Position numbers and translations under genes: made by a program | Assembly: GCA_964648465.1 (NCBI GenBank) | Contig: CAZYMU010000001.1 | Coordinates: 56,230 to 120,229, forward strand | DNA: 64,000 nucleotides | Source: an uncultured Eubacteriales bacterium | GTDB taxonomy: Bacteria; Acidobacteriota; Aminicenantia; Aminicenantales; Aminicenantaceae | Direction: 5' to 3' | Notes under the pieces: generated by a model | Told to the model about the DNA's origin: nothing | The model's input: the letters and a program-made list of their open reading frames with translations, nothing else | Database searches by the model: none | Part shown: in pieces, positions 10,727 to 20,363 of the stretch | How the letters are laid out: every line of letters begins with the position of its first letter | Position numbering within the stretch: position 1 is the first letter of the stretch

Positions 10727-11580
10727 ATAGCACCTCTCAGATTGCTGATTTCATTAAGCCAAAAAACCGGACCGTCTAAACAAACATAAAGATTATCAAT
10801 CGAGCAGTGTCCGCACTTACCAACTCCACATTTCATGTAGCGCTCGAGTGAAACAACGATTTTGTCCTCTGTCAGACCTTTTTTCTTCAATTCTTGGATG
10901 ACAAATTTATACATAACAGGTGGGCCAACGATAACAGCAATAGTGTTGTCTATATTGATAGTTAAAGGAGGTATTAATTTTGTGATGCGACATTTCTCTA
11001 CTTCATCATAACGGATGCTTTCCGGATCTGCGTCCACACAGCAAAAACAGGCTAGTTCCTCACAATGCTTCCATTGTTCGACTTCATGCTTGAAGAGTTG
11101 AAACTCAGGAGTTTTGGCCCCAGAGAGAATCGTGACGTTTTTGAATTCTTCAATGTGGTCTTCACAGTACTGGATGAGAGAACGCATAGGAGCCAGGCCT
11201 AGCCCTCCTGCAATAAGAATAAGTTCCTTTCCTTTCATTTTTTCTGTGTCAAAAGAATTGCCAAAAGGTCCGCGAATGCCGATCTTATCATTGACTTTAA
11301 GTTTGTACATAGCATTTGTTACGCTTCCAACATTACGAACCGATAGTTCAAAATATCCCTTACGTGTGGGGGAACTGCAAACAGATATAGGAACTTCTCC
11401 GACTCCAATGATTGAGACCTGAACGAATTGCCCAGGTTTTTGTCCCAAATCTTTCCCTCCAGGTATTTCAATACGATAAAGATTTTCTGTTGGGGTTAGC
11501 TCGGATATGTGGGTTATGCTGCACATAGTCGGCACATAGAGAGATTTATCTGAAAGACATGCACTTGTTTTTGAGTCCAT
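10723..11580 (-). CDS. FAD/NAD(P)-binding 2Fe-2S oxidoreductase subunit (HydG/AsrB/PyrK-like)
   Basis: 285 aa with a ferredoxin-NADP-reductase-like fold signature. The C-terminal cysteine motif CGVGKCGHC...C matches the PyrK/HydG family. Its stop overlaps the fdhA start. Confidence 0.65.
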   Translation of the reverse strand: MDSKTSACLSDKSLYVPTMCSITHISELTPTENLYRIEIPGGKDLGQKPGQFVQVSIIGVGEVPISVCSSPTRKGYFELSVRNVGSVTNAMYKLKVNDKIGIRGPFGNSFDTEKMKGKELILIAGGLGLAPMRSLIQYCEDHIEEFKNVTILSGAKTPEFQLFKHEVEQWKHCEELACFCCVDADPESIRYDEVEKCRITKLIPPLTINIDNTIAVIVGPPVMYKFVIQELKKKGLTEDKIVVSLERYMKCGVGKCGHCSIDNLYVCLDGPVFWLNEISNLRGAI

Positions 11581-12339
11581 TACAATCCTCCCTTTTTTTA
11601 TTTTAATTCTGTTGGTGCAAAAAGCTTATTATTAATTATTTTTATAAGCCGAAAAACAATTTTACATTTTTTAGAAAGAGCAATCAAAAGAATTTTTCAA
11701 TTATATTTTTTAAATTGTACTAATGGGTTTGAAATGGATTCATAGCAGTTTATGAAGGCAGAACGTACTCCACCCCCTGAACAGCCTCAACTGAATATGG
11801 CAGCTGAGAAAAGAGTTGAATATCTATAAAAGCGAAGTCCTAAATCAGCATTTAATGGTGAACTCTACTATGTAGGCGCTTTTTACAGACTAATTCACTG
11901 AAAATTCTCTCTCCTTAGAATTTTTTATTAACTGGATGTGTATTTTCTAGGTATTATCATGAATAAATCAACTCAGAGGATGAAAATTTGATGAAATTCA
12001 GAGAAAATCGTAAGTTCAAAACAAATGGCTCTGATATTATAGGTATTTTTATCGACATTGCTGTGGAGAAAGGAGGATTCACGCTCCAGATTGATGATGT
12101 CCGATTTAAATAATAGCGGAGGATGGGTAATATCGTGGTATAGACAGCAATAAAAAATGATGCTGAAGCGTAATACTATAATGAACAATGAAATTCCCAT
12201 ACTTAAAAGAATCTAAGCTTATGGGTAAACCAAGTTTGCTAGTTTTATCTTTTGTATGCATTTACTTACCAGAGTAAGGATATTATCATAAGTTTTCGGA
12301 TTGCTGATTGCCGGGATAAGCTATATTTAATCGGTGTTG

Positions 12340-12558
12340 TTAGACAGAAAGCACTTCTTTTATTTCTGGTAATTTCTCTTTAAGGGCATGTTCTATTACT
12401 TGTTTTAAAGTTAGTGTTGAAAAGGGGCAGCCCCTGCAGATTCCTTTCAGTTTTACTTTTACAATTCCCTCAGTAACATCTACGAGTTCAACATCGCCTC
12501 CGTCAGCTTGGAGAGAAGGTCGGATCTGATCTAGAACAGATTCCACTTTTTCTCGCAT
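12340..12558 (-). CDS. NifU-like Fe-S cluster carrier domain protein
   Basis: 72 aa. The motif GICRGCPFS is the CxxC motif of the NifU C-terminal/Nfu domain. The length is typical of stand-alone NfuA-like modules. Confidence 0.6.
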   Translation of the reverse strand: MREKVESVLDQIRPSLQADGGDVELVDVTEGIVKVKLKGICRGCPFSTLTLKQVIEHALKEKLPEIKEVLSV

Positions 12559-12735
12559 ATTTTACCTCCATATTTTTGTAATGCAGCATATATAAATCAT
12601 GCTTATGCCTCTTTTATCTTACTAAGGTTTTAATTAAATCATGGTAAGATTTCCAGAAAAAAGTTATTTCTAAAGTTTATCATTGCAGTCTTGAGGCTGT
12701 CAATTGTATGAATAATAAGAAATGTATGTAAGTTA

Positions 12736-14688
12736 CTATTTAAGTATATTGGTTTTTATCCCAAGCTCGATATAGCGCCCTCTCCATGGAAATCCGGGTT
12801 CAGAATAAATATAATAGTCAAAGACATTAGTGATTTTGATAAACAATTCAGTTCGTTTAAACTGGAAGGAAATAATTGTATCCAGGTTAAAATAAGAATG
12901 AATATCCAGCAGTTCATTTGATTGATAATCGAGCCAGGATGATGAAGATGCTGCCAGGCCCATAATTACAATCCTGAATCGTTGGGAAGGGTAGATAGTA
13001 CAATCAAAATTTAAGCTGTGCCTTGGGAGAGCATCTAGTGGCCGGTCGTCACTTTTGTTCTTGTGGTCAAGGAAAGTGTAGTTTATAGTTGTTGAAAGCC
13101 ATGGAAAAGCTTTTTGAAATTGAAGTTCAAATCCATTAATATAAGCTTCTGCGATATTAAAATATCTACGGCGGAAATCGAACTCCGGAAGACGGAGGCT
13201 GTCTATCATGTCTTTGAAGCTGGTCATAAAGACAGAGCCTGTAAGGAAGAATATTTTATTGTATGTAAAACCTAATTCGCAGTTACTTCCTGATTCACTC
13301 AGGAGGTCTGGGTTTCCTGATGAACTCGAGTACATGGAACGCATAGAGGGAAATTTTGATTTCTTGGAAAAGGAGAGATGGAGCTCTATATATTCCAAAG
13401 GGGAATATTTAAGTCCGATAAGAGGATTTACTTTTGATGCATTTTTTCCAATAAACTTGTCTAGATAATCATAACTTAATCCCACTACAAGTTTCCATCT
13501 CTTGAAAAAAGATATATGATCTTCGATCCCGGCTGAAAATGTAGCTTGGTTGTATTTATCCCAGGATTCTCCCTCATCATCCTGAGTTCGAGCTACATCT
13601 CTCTTATAATTGATGCTGAATTTTAATGAGTTAGAAGAACTCATAGCAAGGTCTGCAAGAGTGAAGAGACCTAAAACAGAGTTGTCAAAAGTGCTTTCGA
13701 AGAGGCGCTGAATCATTTTTGGATCTTTGAATTGGTCGAGAGTATTGTCATAGTGGACAAAATAACCTCGAAAGCGGAGTGTGGATTTTTCCCCCAGGGC
13801 AGTATAACCACCTGCATTCAGTGTATAACGGTCCCAGTTTTTAAAACGCCAGTACCGTGGTTTATAAGCATCAAGTTGTGATGGCATAGCATAATTGGAT
13901 TTGTATATTCCTCCGTTAAAGAGAATTTCAGTGCTGTTTGATGGGTAATAGTAAATTTTTGTATTAAGATTTATTCTTTCATATTCTGTGTTTGACCTTT
14001 CGATCCTATTCCTTTCATCTTGATCTGGGAAATAAAATCCATCTGAATCCTGATAAAGCATATTTCCTGCAAAGGCAAAGCGCTTCAGTTGAAATACTGA
14101 ATTTAAACCCAGGCTGCGTGTATTTTTTTCTCCATATGATGTGTGAAACGATAGGGTTGGTTTGACAGAAGGTCTGCTTGTTATAACATTAACTATTCCA
14201 CCTAGGGTATTAGGACCGTATAGAACAGATGATGGCCCTTTGGTGAGTTGAAGGGAATCAATCCCATAGGCGGATATTGTTTTTAGATCAAACGTACTGT
14301 AGTAAGGCTCATAAACAGGAATCCCATCGATTAACAATGCAATCCGTTTTGAATCCATGCCCCTGAGCTTTAACGTGTATGTGGATTTATCTCCAAAAGT
14401 CACCATCACTCCTGGAGCGTATCTAATAGCTTCTGAAAGGTCGAGTGGTTTCATGTGTTCAATCTTTGTATGACCCAGTCTTGTTACCGTTGAAATAGGG
14501 AGGTCTCTAGGAGCTTCGGCTACTACAAGAATTTCTTCCGTAATCTTTAGTGTCTTTTTTGATTTTGTCTTCTTTTCATCTTCTTTTTGTTTTTCTTGGG
14601 AAAAAGTTAAACAAGGTAATAAAATTAGTGCCCAAATGACAAAATTAATAATGGTTTTTTTGAGAGGGTGATTTGATGAATTATTCAT
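12736..14688 (-). CDS. TonB-dependent outer-membrane receptor
   Basis: 650 aa. Has a signal peptide, an N-terminal plug region (ISTVTRLGHTKIE...DLSEAIRYAPGV) and a long beta-barrel with repeated aromatic-rich strands. Confidence 0.7.
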   Translation of the reverse strand: MNNSSNHPLKKTIINFVIWALILLPCLTFSQEKQKEDEKKTKSKKTLKITEEILVVAEAPRDLPISTVTRLGHTKIEHMKPLDLSEAIRYAPGVMVTFGDKSTYTLKLRGMDSKRIALLIDGIPVYEPYYSTFDLKTISAYGIDSLQLTKGPSSVLYGPNTLGGIVNVITSRPSVKPTLSFHTSYGEKNTRSLGLNSVFQLKRFAFAGNMLYQDSDGFYFPDQDERNRIERSNTEYERINLNTKIYYYPSNSTEILFNGGIYKSNYAMPSQLDAYKPRYWRFKNWDRYTLNAGGYTALGEKSTLRFRGYFVHYDNTLDQFKDPKMIQRLFESTFDNSVLGLFTLADLAMSSSNSLKFSINYKRDVARTQDDEGESWDKYNQATFSAGIEDHISFFKRWKLVVGLSYDYLDKFIGKNASKVNPLIGLKYSPLEYIELHLSFSKKSKFPSMRSMYSSSSGNPDLLSESGSNCELGFTYNKIFFLTGSVFMTSFKDMIDSLRLPEFDFRRRYFNIAEAYINGFELQFQKAFPWLSTTINYTFLDHKNKSDDRPLDALPRHSLNFDCTIYPSQRFRIVIMGLAASSSSWLDYQSNELLDIHSYFNLDTIISFQFKRTELFIKITNVFDYYIYSEPGFPWRGRYIELGIKTNILK

Positions 14689-14861
14689 TATGATATCTCC
14701 TTTTCAAATACGGAAGGCAAAACTGTTTCCCGTTTTACCCTATCGGTCAAAGACCATGGCTGAAGAGCTTTAGTACCCTTGACTCGGAGAAAGCGATAAA
14801 TCTAGCATAAAATAAATATATTGTAAACAGAATGGTTTTTGCTTAGCTTCTGATAAATATT

Positions 14862-15410
14862 CTATTTCTTTCCGGCAAGTGCTGTTGTCATTTTTTGTAT
14901 TAGATTATTGTCTTTAAGCCAGAAAATATTCGCTTTTTCTTTAGTTTTAGAAAGAAATTGATCGAGAATGCTTTCCCTTAGAACAATAAGAATATTTTGA
15001 TGCTGATTAAAAAGGAAGCAAGCAGCTTTCCATAGTCCTTTCTCTTTCATTTCTAACGGACCAATTTCATCTATTATGGTTAGATCGCAGTTCTGAAAAT
15101 CAAGTATAGATTCTTCTGCTTTTTTCAACCCTTCCGGGATAAAATAATATTGACCCGCCTTTTCCCATTCAGGCTTTCCATCCAATCTTGCCAGTGCAAA
15201 TAATTCTTCTGATTTTATATTAAACCCGTTATATCCTTTATGATCTTTGAATTCATAAAAAGCAGGGCTTAATAGTCCGTTTATTAATAATCCTTTAGTT
15301 TTTAATGTGTCGCACATTTTCTGAAGGAAAGAGGTTTTTCCTGAATGGATTTTTCCTGTAAGAATATAGATGTTTTTATTATTAATATTGAATGAATTAG
15401 AATTTAACAT
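14862..15410 (-). CDS. P-loop NTPase, THEP1/DUF2478-like
   Basis: 182 aa. Has Walker A (GKIHSGKTS) and Walker B (LTIIDEIGPLE) motifs. Divergently adjacent to the aldehyde:ferredoxin oxidoreductase. Confidence 0.45.
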   Translation of the reverse strand: MLNSNSFNINNKNIYILTGKIHSGKTSFLQKMCDTLKTKGLLINGLLSPAFYEFKDHKGYNGFNIKSEELFALARLDGKPEWEKAGQYYFIPEGLKKAEESILDFQNCDLTIIDEIGPLEMKEKGLWKAACFLFNQHQNILIVLRESILDQFLSKTKEKANIFWLKDNNLIQKMTTALAGKK

Positions 15411-15687
15411 TAAGTGTTTTTAAATAAATAAATCTGAACTAGTTAAGTTTCTTTTAGACAGATACTTTTATTTCACTTCTGCTTGAAAATGAATTTTTAG
15501 CATAGTGAGCCAACTGAGTCAACCTGAATTGGGCTGTGTCAGGGTAGGTTAGGACGGTTTTAAGGGGGAATATTTTGACAACGAATTTTTCCTATGTTAT
15601 AAATTTTCTTTAATATTTTTTAAGTATATGCTTGTGAAGAAAGAATGAGCATCGGAAGTAATAATTCAAAATTAAGGGAGACAATTC

Positions 15688-17847
15688 ATGTCTGTCAAGA
15701 ATATGAAAATCAAACATAAGCTGTTAAAAGAATATACTTATGAATTAAGCGAATTGTACAGAGGTTATGCTAATAGAACGCTTTATGTGAACCTTTCCGA
15801 TAATACAATAAAAGAAAAACCTGTTTCAGAAGAGATGAAAGAAAAATTCATCGGCGGCAAAGGATTTGGCCTACGTTTGTTATGGGATGCTACAAAAGAT
15901 GATACTAAATGGGATGACCCTGAAAATGAAATTAATATTGCTGCAGGCCCAATCGCAGGTATTACCCAATATTCAGGTTGTGGAAAATCTCTTGTTGTTT
16001 CAATCTCTCCTACTACTGATTCAATTATGGATTGTAATGTGGGCGGATATTTCGGGCCATTTTTAAAGTTTGCAGGATTTGATGCACTCGAAATTCAAGG
16101 AAAGGCTGAAAAAGATGTCATTGTTGTTATTGATGGAACGAAAGGAACAGTGAGAATAGAGGAAGCACCTGAAGAGGCTGTGGACAGCCATGTTTTAGCG
16201 AAACATCTGACTGATATGTATGCTGATGATGAGAATGATAAAAGAAATGTTGCTGTAGTTTCATCAGGAAAAGCAGCAGAGTATGCATTAATAGGAATGC
16301 TGAATTTCAGTTGGTATGATGTAAGAAGAAAAAAATGCAGGTTGAAACAGGCTGGAAGGGGTGGCATTGGGACAGTATTCAGGAATAAAAAAATCAAAGC
16401 TCTTGTCGCTAAATCGAGCGGAGTAAAAGGTGATATGAATCATGTTGCTGATATGAAAGCGATTAGAGAAAGAGGAAGAAATTTCAGCAGGGAAATGAGG
16501 GAACTTGATGATTCTCAAGCTCGGATGAGGACAGTAGGAACTGCCCATCTTGTTGAAATAATGAATGATTATGATCTATTGCCAACGTATAATTTTAAAT
16601 TTGGTTCTCATCCCGAAACGAAGAAGATTGATTCAAAAGCATTGGAAGCAAAATTTACTCATGGTCTTCCTGATGGATGCTGGCTTGGCTGCACGATGTC
16701 ATGCTGTAAAGCGGTTGATGGTTTCGAATTAAAGACAGGCCCTTATAAAGGTCAAAAAGTCATTGTGGATGGTCCTGAATATGAAACCGTTGGAGGCCTT
16801 GGCTCTAACTCTGGAATATTTGATCCTGATCATGTTATCGAATGCAATTTTTATTGTGATACATATGGAATTGATACAATTTCGTTCGGGACATCAACAG
16901 CTTTTGCAATGGAATGTTTTGAAAAAGGAATTCTCAATAAGGAAAGAACAGGGGGATTGAAATTCAACTTCGGAAATGCCGATTCTGTGATGGAAGCACT
17001 TCACCAGATGGCAAGGGGAGAGGGTTTTGGTGTTGTTTTGGGATCCGGAGTCAGGAAGATGAAGGAAAAATTCATTAAAGAATATGGAGCAGATCCAAAA
17101 TTTCTTCAGGATGTTGGAATGGAGAACAAGGGATTGGAATATTCTCAATATGTGGCAAAGGAATCATTGGCACAGCAGGGCGGTTTTGCAATGACTAACA
17201 AAGGTCCGCAGCATGATGAGGCCTGGCTGATATTCATGGATATGGTCAATAAGCAGATCCCTACGTTTGAAGATAAAGCAGAAGCTCTACATTATTTTCC
17301 AATGTTTAGAACATGGTTCGGATTAATGGGATTATGCAAGCTGCCTTGGAATGATGTAGAGCCTGCAAATAATGCAGAGACAGATGAGCCTGCAAAGGTT
17401 CCTGAACATGTAGATAATTATGTGACAATTTTCAATGCTGTGACCGGTAAAAGTATAGACAAATACGAATTGGTCAGGCAGTCAGAACGGGTTTACAATT
17501 TCCAGAGGATATTTAACTTGAGAAGGGGATTCGGGAAGAGGGAAAATGATTCTCAGCCTTACAGGGCTGCAGGTCCGGTAACTGTTGAGGAATATGAATC
17601 AAGAAAAGATAGGTATGACAAACAGATGGAAGAGATTATCGGTGTTGACCCTGAAGGGAAAACTACTGAAGAAAAAATTGCCATTACTAGAAAGTACAGA
17701 GAGAATGTTTATGAAAAATTGCTTGATGCGGTTTATAAAAGGAGAGGCTGGACAAAGAATGGCATCCCTAGAATCGAGCACTTGAAAGAACTTGGAATGG
17801 ATCTACATGAGCTTATTGAAGTTGTTAAACCCCATCTAGAAAAATGA
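15688..17847 (+). CDS. aldehyde:ferredoxin oxidoreductase family (tungsto-/molybdopterin enzyme, AOR)
   Basis: 719 aa. The N-terminal domain of the AOR type (RTLYVNLSD, GGKGFGLRLLW) and the conserved central DGPEYETVGGLG segment are present. The RBS GGGAG precedes the ATG. Confidence 0.75.
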   Translation: MSVKNMKIKHKLLKEYTYELSELYRGYANRTLYVNLSDNTIKEKPVSEEMKEKFIGGKGFGLRLLWDATKDDTKWDDPENEINIAAGPIAGITQYSGCGKSLVVSISPTTDSIMDCNVGGYFGPFLKFAGFDALEIQGKAEKDVIVVIDGTKGTVRIEEAPEEAVDSHVLAKHLTDMYADDENDKRNVAVVSSGKAAEYALIGMLNFSWYDVRRKKCRLKQAGRGGIGTVFRNKKIKALVAKSSGVKGDMNHVADMKAIRERGRNFSREMRELDDSQARMRTVGTAHLVEIMNDYDLLPTYNFKFGSHPETKKIDSKALEAKFTHGLPDGCWLGCTMSCCKAVDGFELKTGPYKGQKVIVDGPEYETVGGLGSNSGIFDPDHVIECNFYCDTYGIDTISFGTSTAFAMECFEKGILNKERTGGLKFNFGNADSVMEALHQMARGEGFGVVLGSGVRKMKEKFIKEYGADPKFLQDVGMENKGLEYSQYVAKESLAQQGGFAMTNKGPQHDEAWLIFMDMVNKQIPTFEDKAEALHYFPMFRTWFGLMGLCKLPWNDVEPANNAETDEPAKVPEHVDNYVTIFNAVTGKSIDKYELVRQSERVYNFQRIFNLRRGFGKRENDSQPYRAAGPVTVEEYESRKDRYDKQMEEIIGVDPEGKTTEEKIAITRKYRENVYEKLLDAVYKRRGWTKNGIPRIEHLKELGMDLHELIEVVKPHLEK

Positions 17848-17883
17848 AGTTAATTATATCTATACCAACTGAAGAGTCTGCTG

Positions 17884-19467
17884 CTAAATATCTTTTTGTG
17901 ACCATTTTCCATCAATGAAACGCCACATTCTGCCTGTAGGATTCATGTTTTGTAATTCAAGAGGAAGTCTATGCTGACGAACATTATCATAGCATTCCCT
18001 GGAAGCAAATCGTATAAGAGAAGCAGGGATACCTACTGATGTAAATCCTGGATGTCCAGTTGAGGGAAAAGGACCCCCATGGTGCATGGCAGGGGAAACC
18101 GCAACTCCTGTAGGCATTTTGTCATTAAGTAACCTTCCTACTTTTTCCCGGAGGATGAGTTCGACCTGACTGTAAAGGATATCGTCCAGATCCTTACTGT
18201 GACTGTAAATAGTTCCCGTGAGATTGCCGTTTAAGAGAGTCGTTATTTTTTTTAACTGATTAAAATCTTTAGCGAATACAAAAAGAGAAATAGGTCCAAA
18301 TGCTTCTATCTGGAGTTCTTCTGGATGATTTAAAAATTTCTCTCCAGAGGTGCGTAAAAGTGTGTTTAAGAAACAATAGCCTTTACCAGGAACTTCTTTG
18401 GCACCGGTTACGATTTTAGCACCGTATTGTTGCATGCGTCTAATCGATGAAATGAGTTCATTAAGAACTTTTTCATTTAGAAGAATGCCTGGTAAACCTG
18501 ATTTGAAGTATTCCATAGTTTTTTGCAGAAACGATTCTCCTTTTTCGTCTTGAAGAAGAATAATAAGACCGGGCTTGGTACAAAACTGGCCCACACCTAG
18601 AGTGCATGAATTATAAAATTCAAGTGCAATTTCTTCGAGGCGTTCTTTTAGGGCACCAGGTAATATTATGACTGGATTGATACTAGACATCTCCACATAT
18701 ATGGGTTTGCCAGCTCTGTCTGCTGCTTCTTTTAATCGAAGTCCAAAGTTTTTGCTGCCAGTAAAGGCTGTAGCTCCAACTAGAGGGTGAGAAACCAGTT
18801 TTATGCAGTCTTCCTGTCTCAAGTGATAAAACATCTGGACTGATGCTTGAGGTAAACTGCTTGTTTTTAAAGCCATTAGAGCAGCTTCTGCAAAGATTTT
18901 TGTTGTTTCTGGGTGACCTTGATTTGCAATTGCAATTACTGGATTTCCAGCAGCAATCGCAGACGCAAAATCTCCTCCAGCACAAGAGTTGAAAGCAAAA
19001 GGAAAGTTGTTAGGACTAAATATGGCAACTGGGCCTGGTAAAGGGGCAAATTTTGAGCGTATTTTAGCCTTTGTGTCGATTGTTGCAGAACACCAGGATT
19101 TGTCTCGAGCAGCGTATGCGGCTTGGCGGAGCTGGTCGATGGTTCTTGGCAGTTCTACGGATCTTAAGCGGGATTCAGCAGGCAGTGCTGCTTCCAGAGC
19201 TGCTGTCTTGACGAGTTCTTCAGAACGGAAATTAATATTATCAGCAAATGCTTCTAGAAAATTGGCAATATTATCAGAAGATTCTGAATGCAATTCCTCA
19301 ATAACCTTATGAGAAGCCTCGAGTGCTTTCTCAATATCAGAAAGAAGAGAAACAGGATATTGATTGTCAAGTTTGCTTTTTGTCTCTGGATTTATTGCTG
19401 AAAAGAGTTTTGCTAAGGAAGATACTTTTTCCCATATTCCATCTATTAAAACAGGCTGAATTGACAT
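17884..19467 (-). CDS. aldehyde dehydrogenase family protein
   Basis: 527 aa. The ALDH motifs are present: FTGSKNFG (NAD-binding), VEMSSINPVII (catalytic Glu region) and TLGVGQFCTKPG (catalytic Cys). Confidence 0.7.
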   Translation of the reverse strand: MSIQPVLIDGIWEKVSSLAKLFSAINPETKSKLDNQYPVSLLSDIEKALEASHKVIEELHSESSDNIANFLEAFADNINFRSEELVKTAALEAALPAESRLRSVELPRTIDQLRQAAYAARDKSWCSATIDTKAKIRSKFAPLPGPVAIFSPNNFPFAFNSCAGGDFASAIAAGNPVIAIANQGHPETTKIFAEAALMALKTSSLPQASVQMFYHLRQEDCIKLVSHPLVGATAFTGSKNFGLRLKEAADRAGKPIYVEMSSINPVIILPGALKERLEEIALEFYNSCTLGVGQFCTKPGLIILLQDEKGESFLQKTMEYFKSGLPGILLNEKVLNELISSIRRMQQYGAKIVTGAKEVPGKGYCFLNTLLRTSGEKFLNHPEELQIEAFGPISLFVFAKDFNQLKKITTLLNGNLTGTIYSHSKDLDDILYSQVELILREKVGRLLNDKMPTGVAVSPAMHHGGPFPSTGHPGFTSVGIPASLIRFASRECYDNVRQHRLPLELQNMNPTGRMWRFIDGKWSQKDI

Positions 19468-19629
19468 AAAAGAATACCTCTCTGAATCTATTCCAAAATA
19501 TTATAGTAACAGATATATATTAATGTCAATGTGACTGCCAGTTTATGATTCTTTTATTTGACTTATAATATTTTATTAGATATTTTTATGCTTTGATATT
19601 AAATAAAAAATGGTAATTATGAGCTAAAA

Positions 19630-20304
19630 ATGACTAGTACAGAAGAAATAGTTTTTAAACACATTGCAATTGAAGGAGTATTGAAAGCTGGCAAGACAAA
19701 GTTTGCAAATATTTTATCTAAGAAAATAGGAGGAAAGGTTATACTAGATAGAGTTGAAAACCCTTATATTAAAGATTTCTATGAAGAAAAAGAAGGAGCC
19801 TCATTTCTTGCTCAGCTTGTTTTTTTAGTAAACAGATATCACCAGCAGTCCAGTCTTGTACAGAGAGGCTTATTTGAAGATAAAATAATATGCGATTATC
19901 TGTTTGAAAAAGATAAAATATATGCATATCAAACACTTGCTGATGAGGAACTTACTGTATATGAAAAAATATACAGCATATTCTCCGAAAGAATTGCCAG
20001 ACCTGATTTAGTTGTTTTTCTCCAGATATCTTTACCTGCTCTATTGAGAAGAATTGATAAAGAAGGTTCCCTAATGGATAAAAACATTTCAGAAAAATAT
20101 TTAGAGGATATTCTTGAGGCCTTTGACTATTTTTTCTTTAACTACAAGGCTGTGCCTCTTCTTTTAATAAGAGCAGATGACTTGGATTTTAATAACGAAG
20201 AGCATATGGATGACCTTGTGGACAAGATTAAAAAAATGAAGAAAAGTCCCTTGTTTTATGTTCCCCTTGGAGTATCAGATAAGGAACTTAGGAAAAAATC
20301 ATAG
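19630..20304 (+). CDS. deoxynucleoside kinase family protein
   Basis: 224 aa. P-loop IAIEGVLKAGKTKF. Length and layout match the dAK/dGK/dCK family. Confidence 0.55.
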   Translation: MTSTEEIVFKHIAIEGVLKAGKTKFANILSKKIGGKVILDRVENPYIKDFYEEKEGASFLAQLVFLVNRYHQQSSLVQRGLFEDKIICDYLFEKDKIYAYQTLADEELTVYEKIYSIFSERIARPDLVVFLQISLPALLRRIDKEGSLMDKNISEKYLEDILEAFDYFFFNYKAVPLLLIRADDLDFNNEEHMDDLVDKIKKMKKSPLFYVPLGVSDKELRKKS

Positions 20305-20363
20305 ACTGTTACTGGAAAATAAACATAAATTGACTTTACCTCAATCTCAATATTAGAGGTGAG

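Noticed and set aside
15411-15687. Moco/Wco riboswitch upstream of the AOR gene
   Set aside because: Some GC-rich segments exist (GTCAGGGTAGGTTAGGACGG), but I cannot reproduce the Moco consensus from memory. A covariance-model scan is needed, so it is left as a suggestion only.
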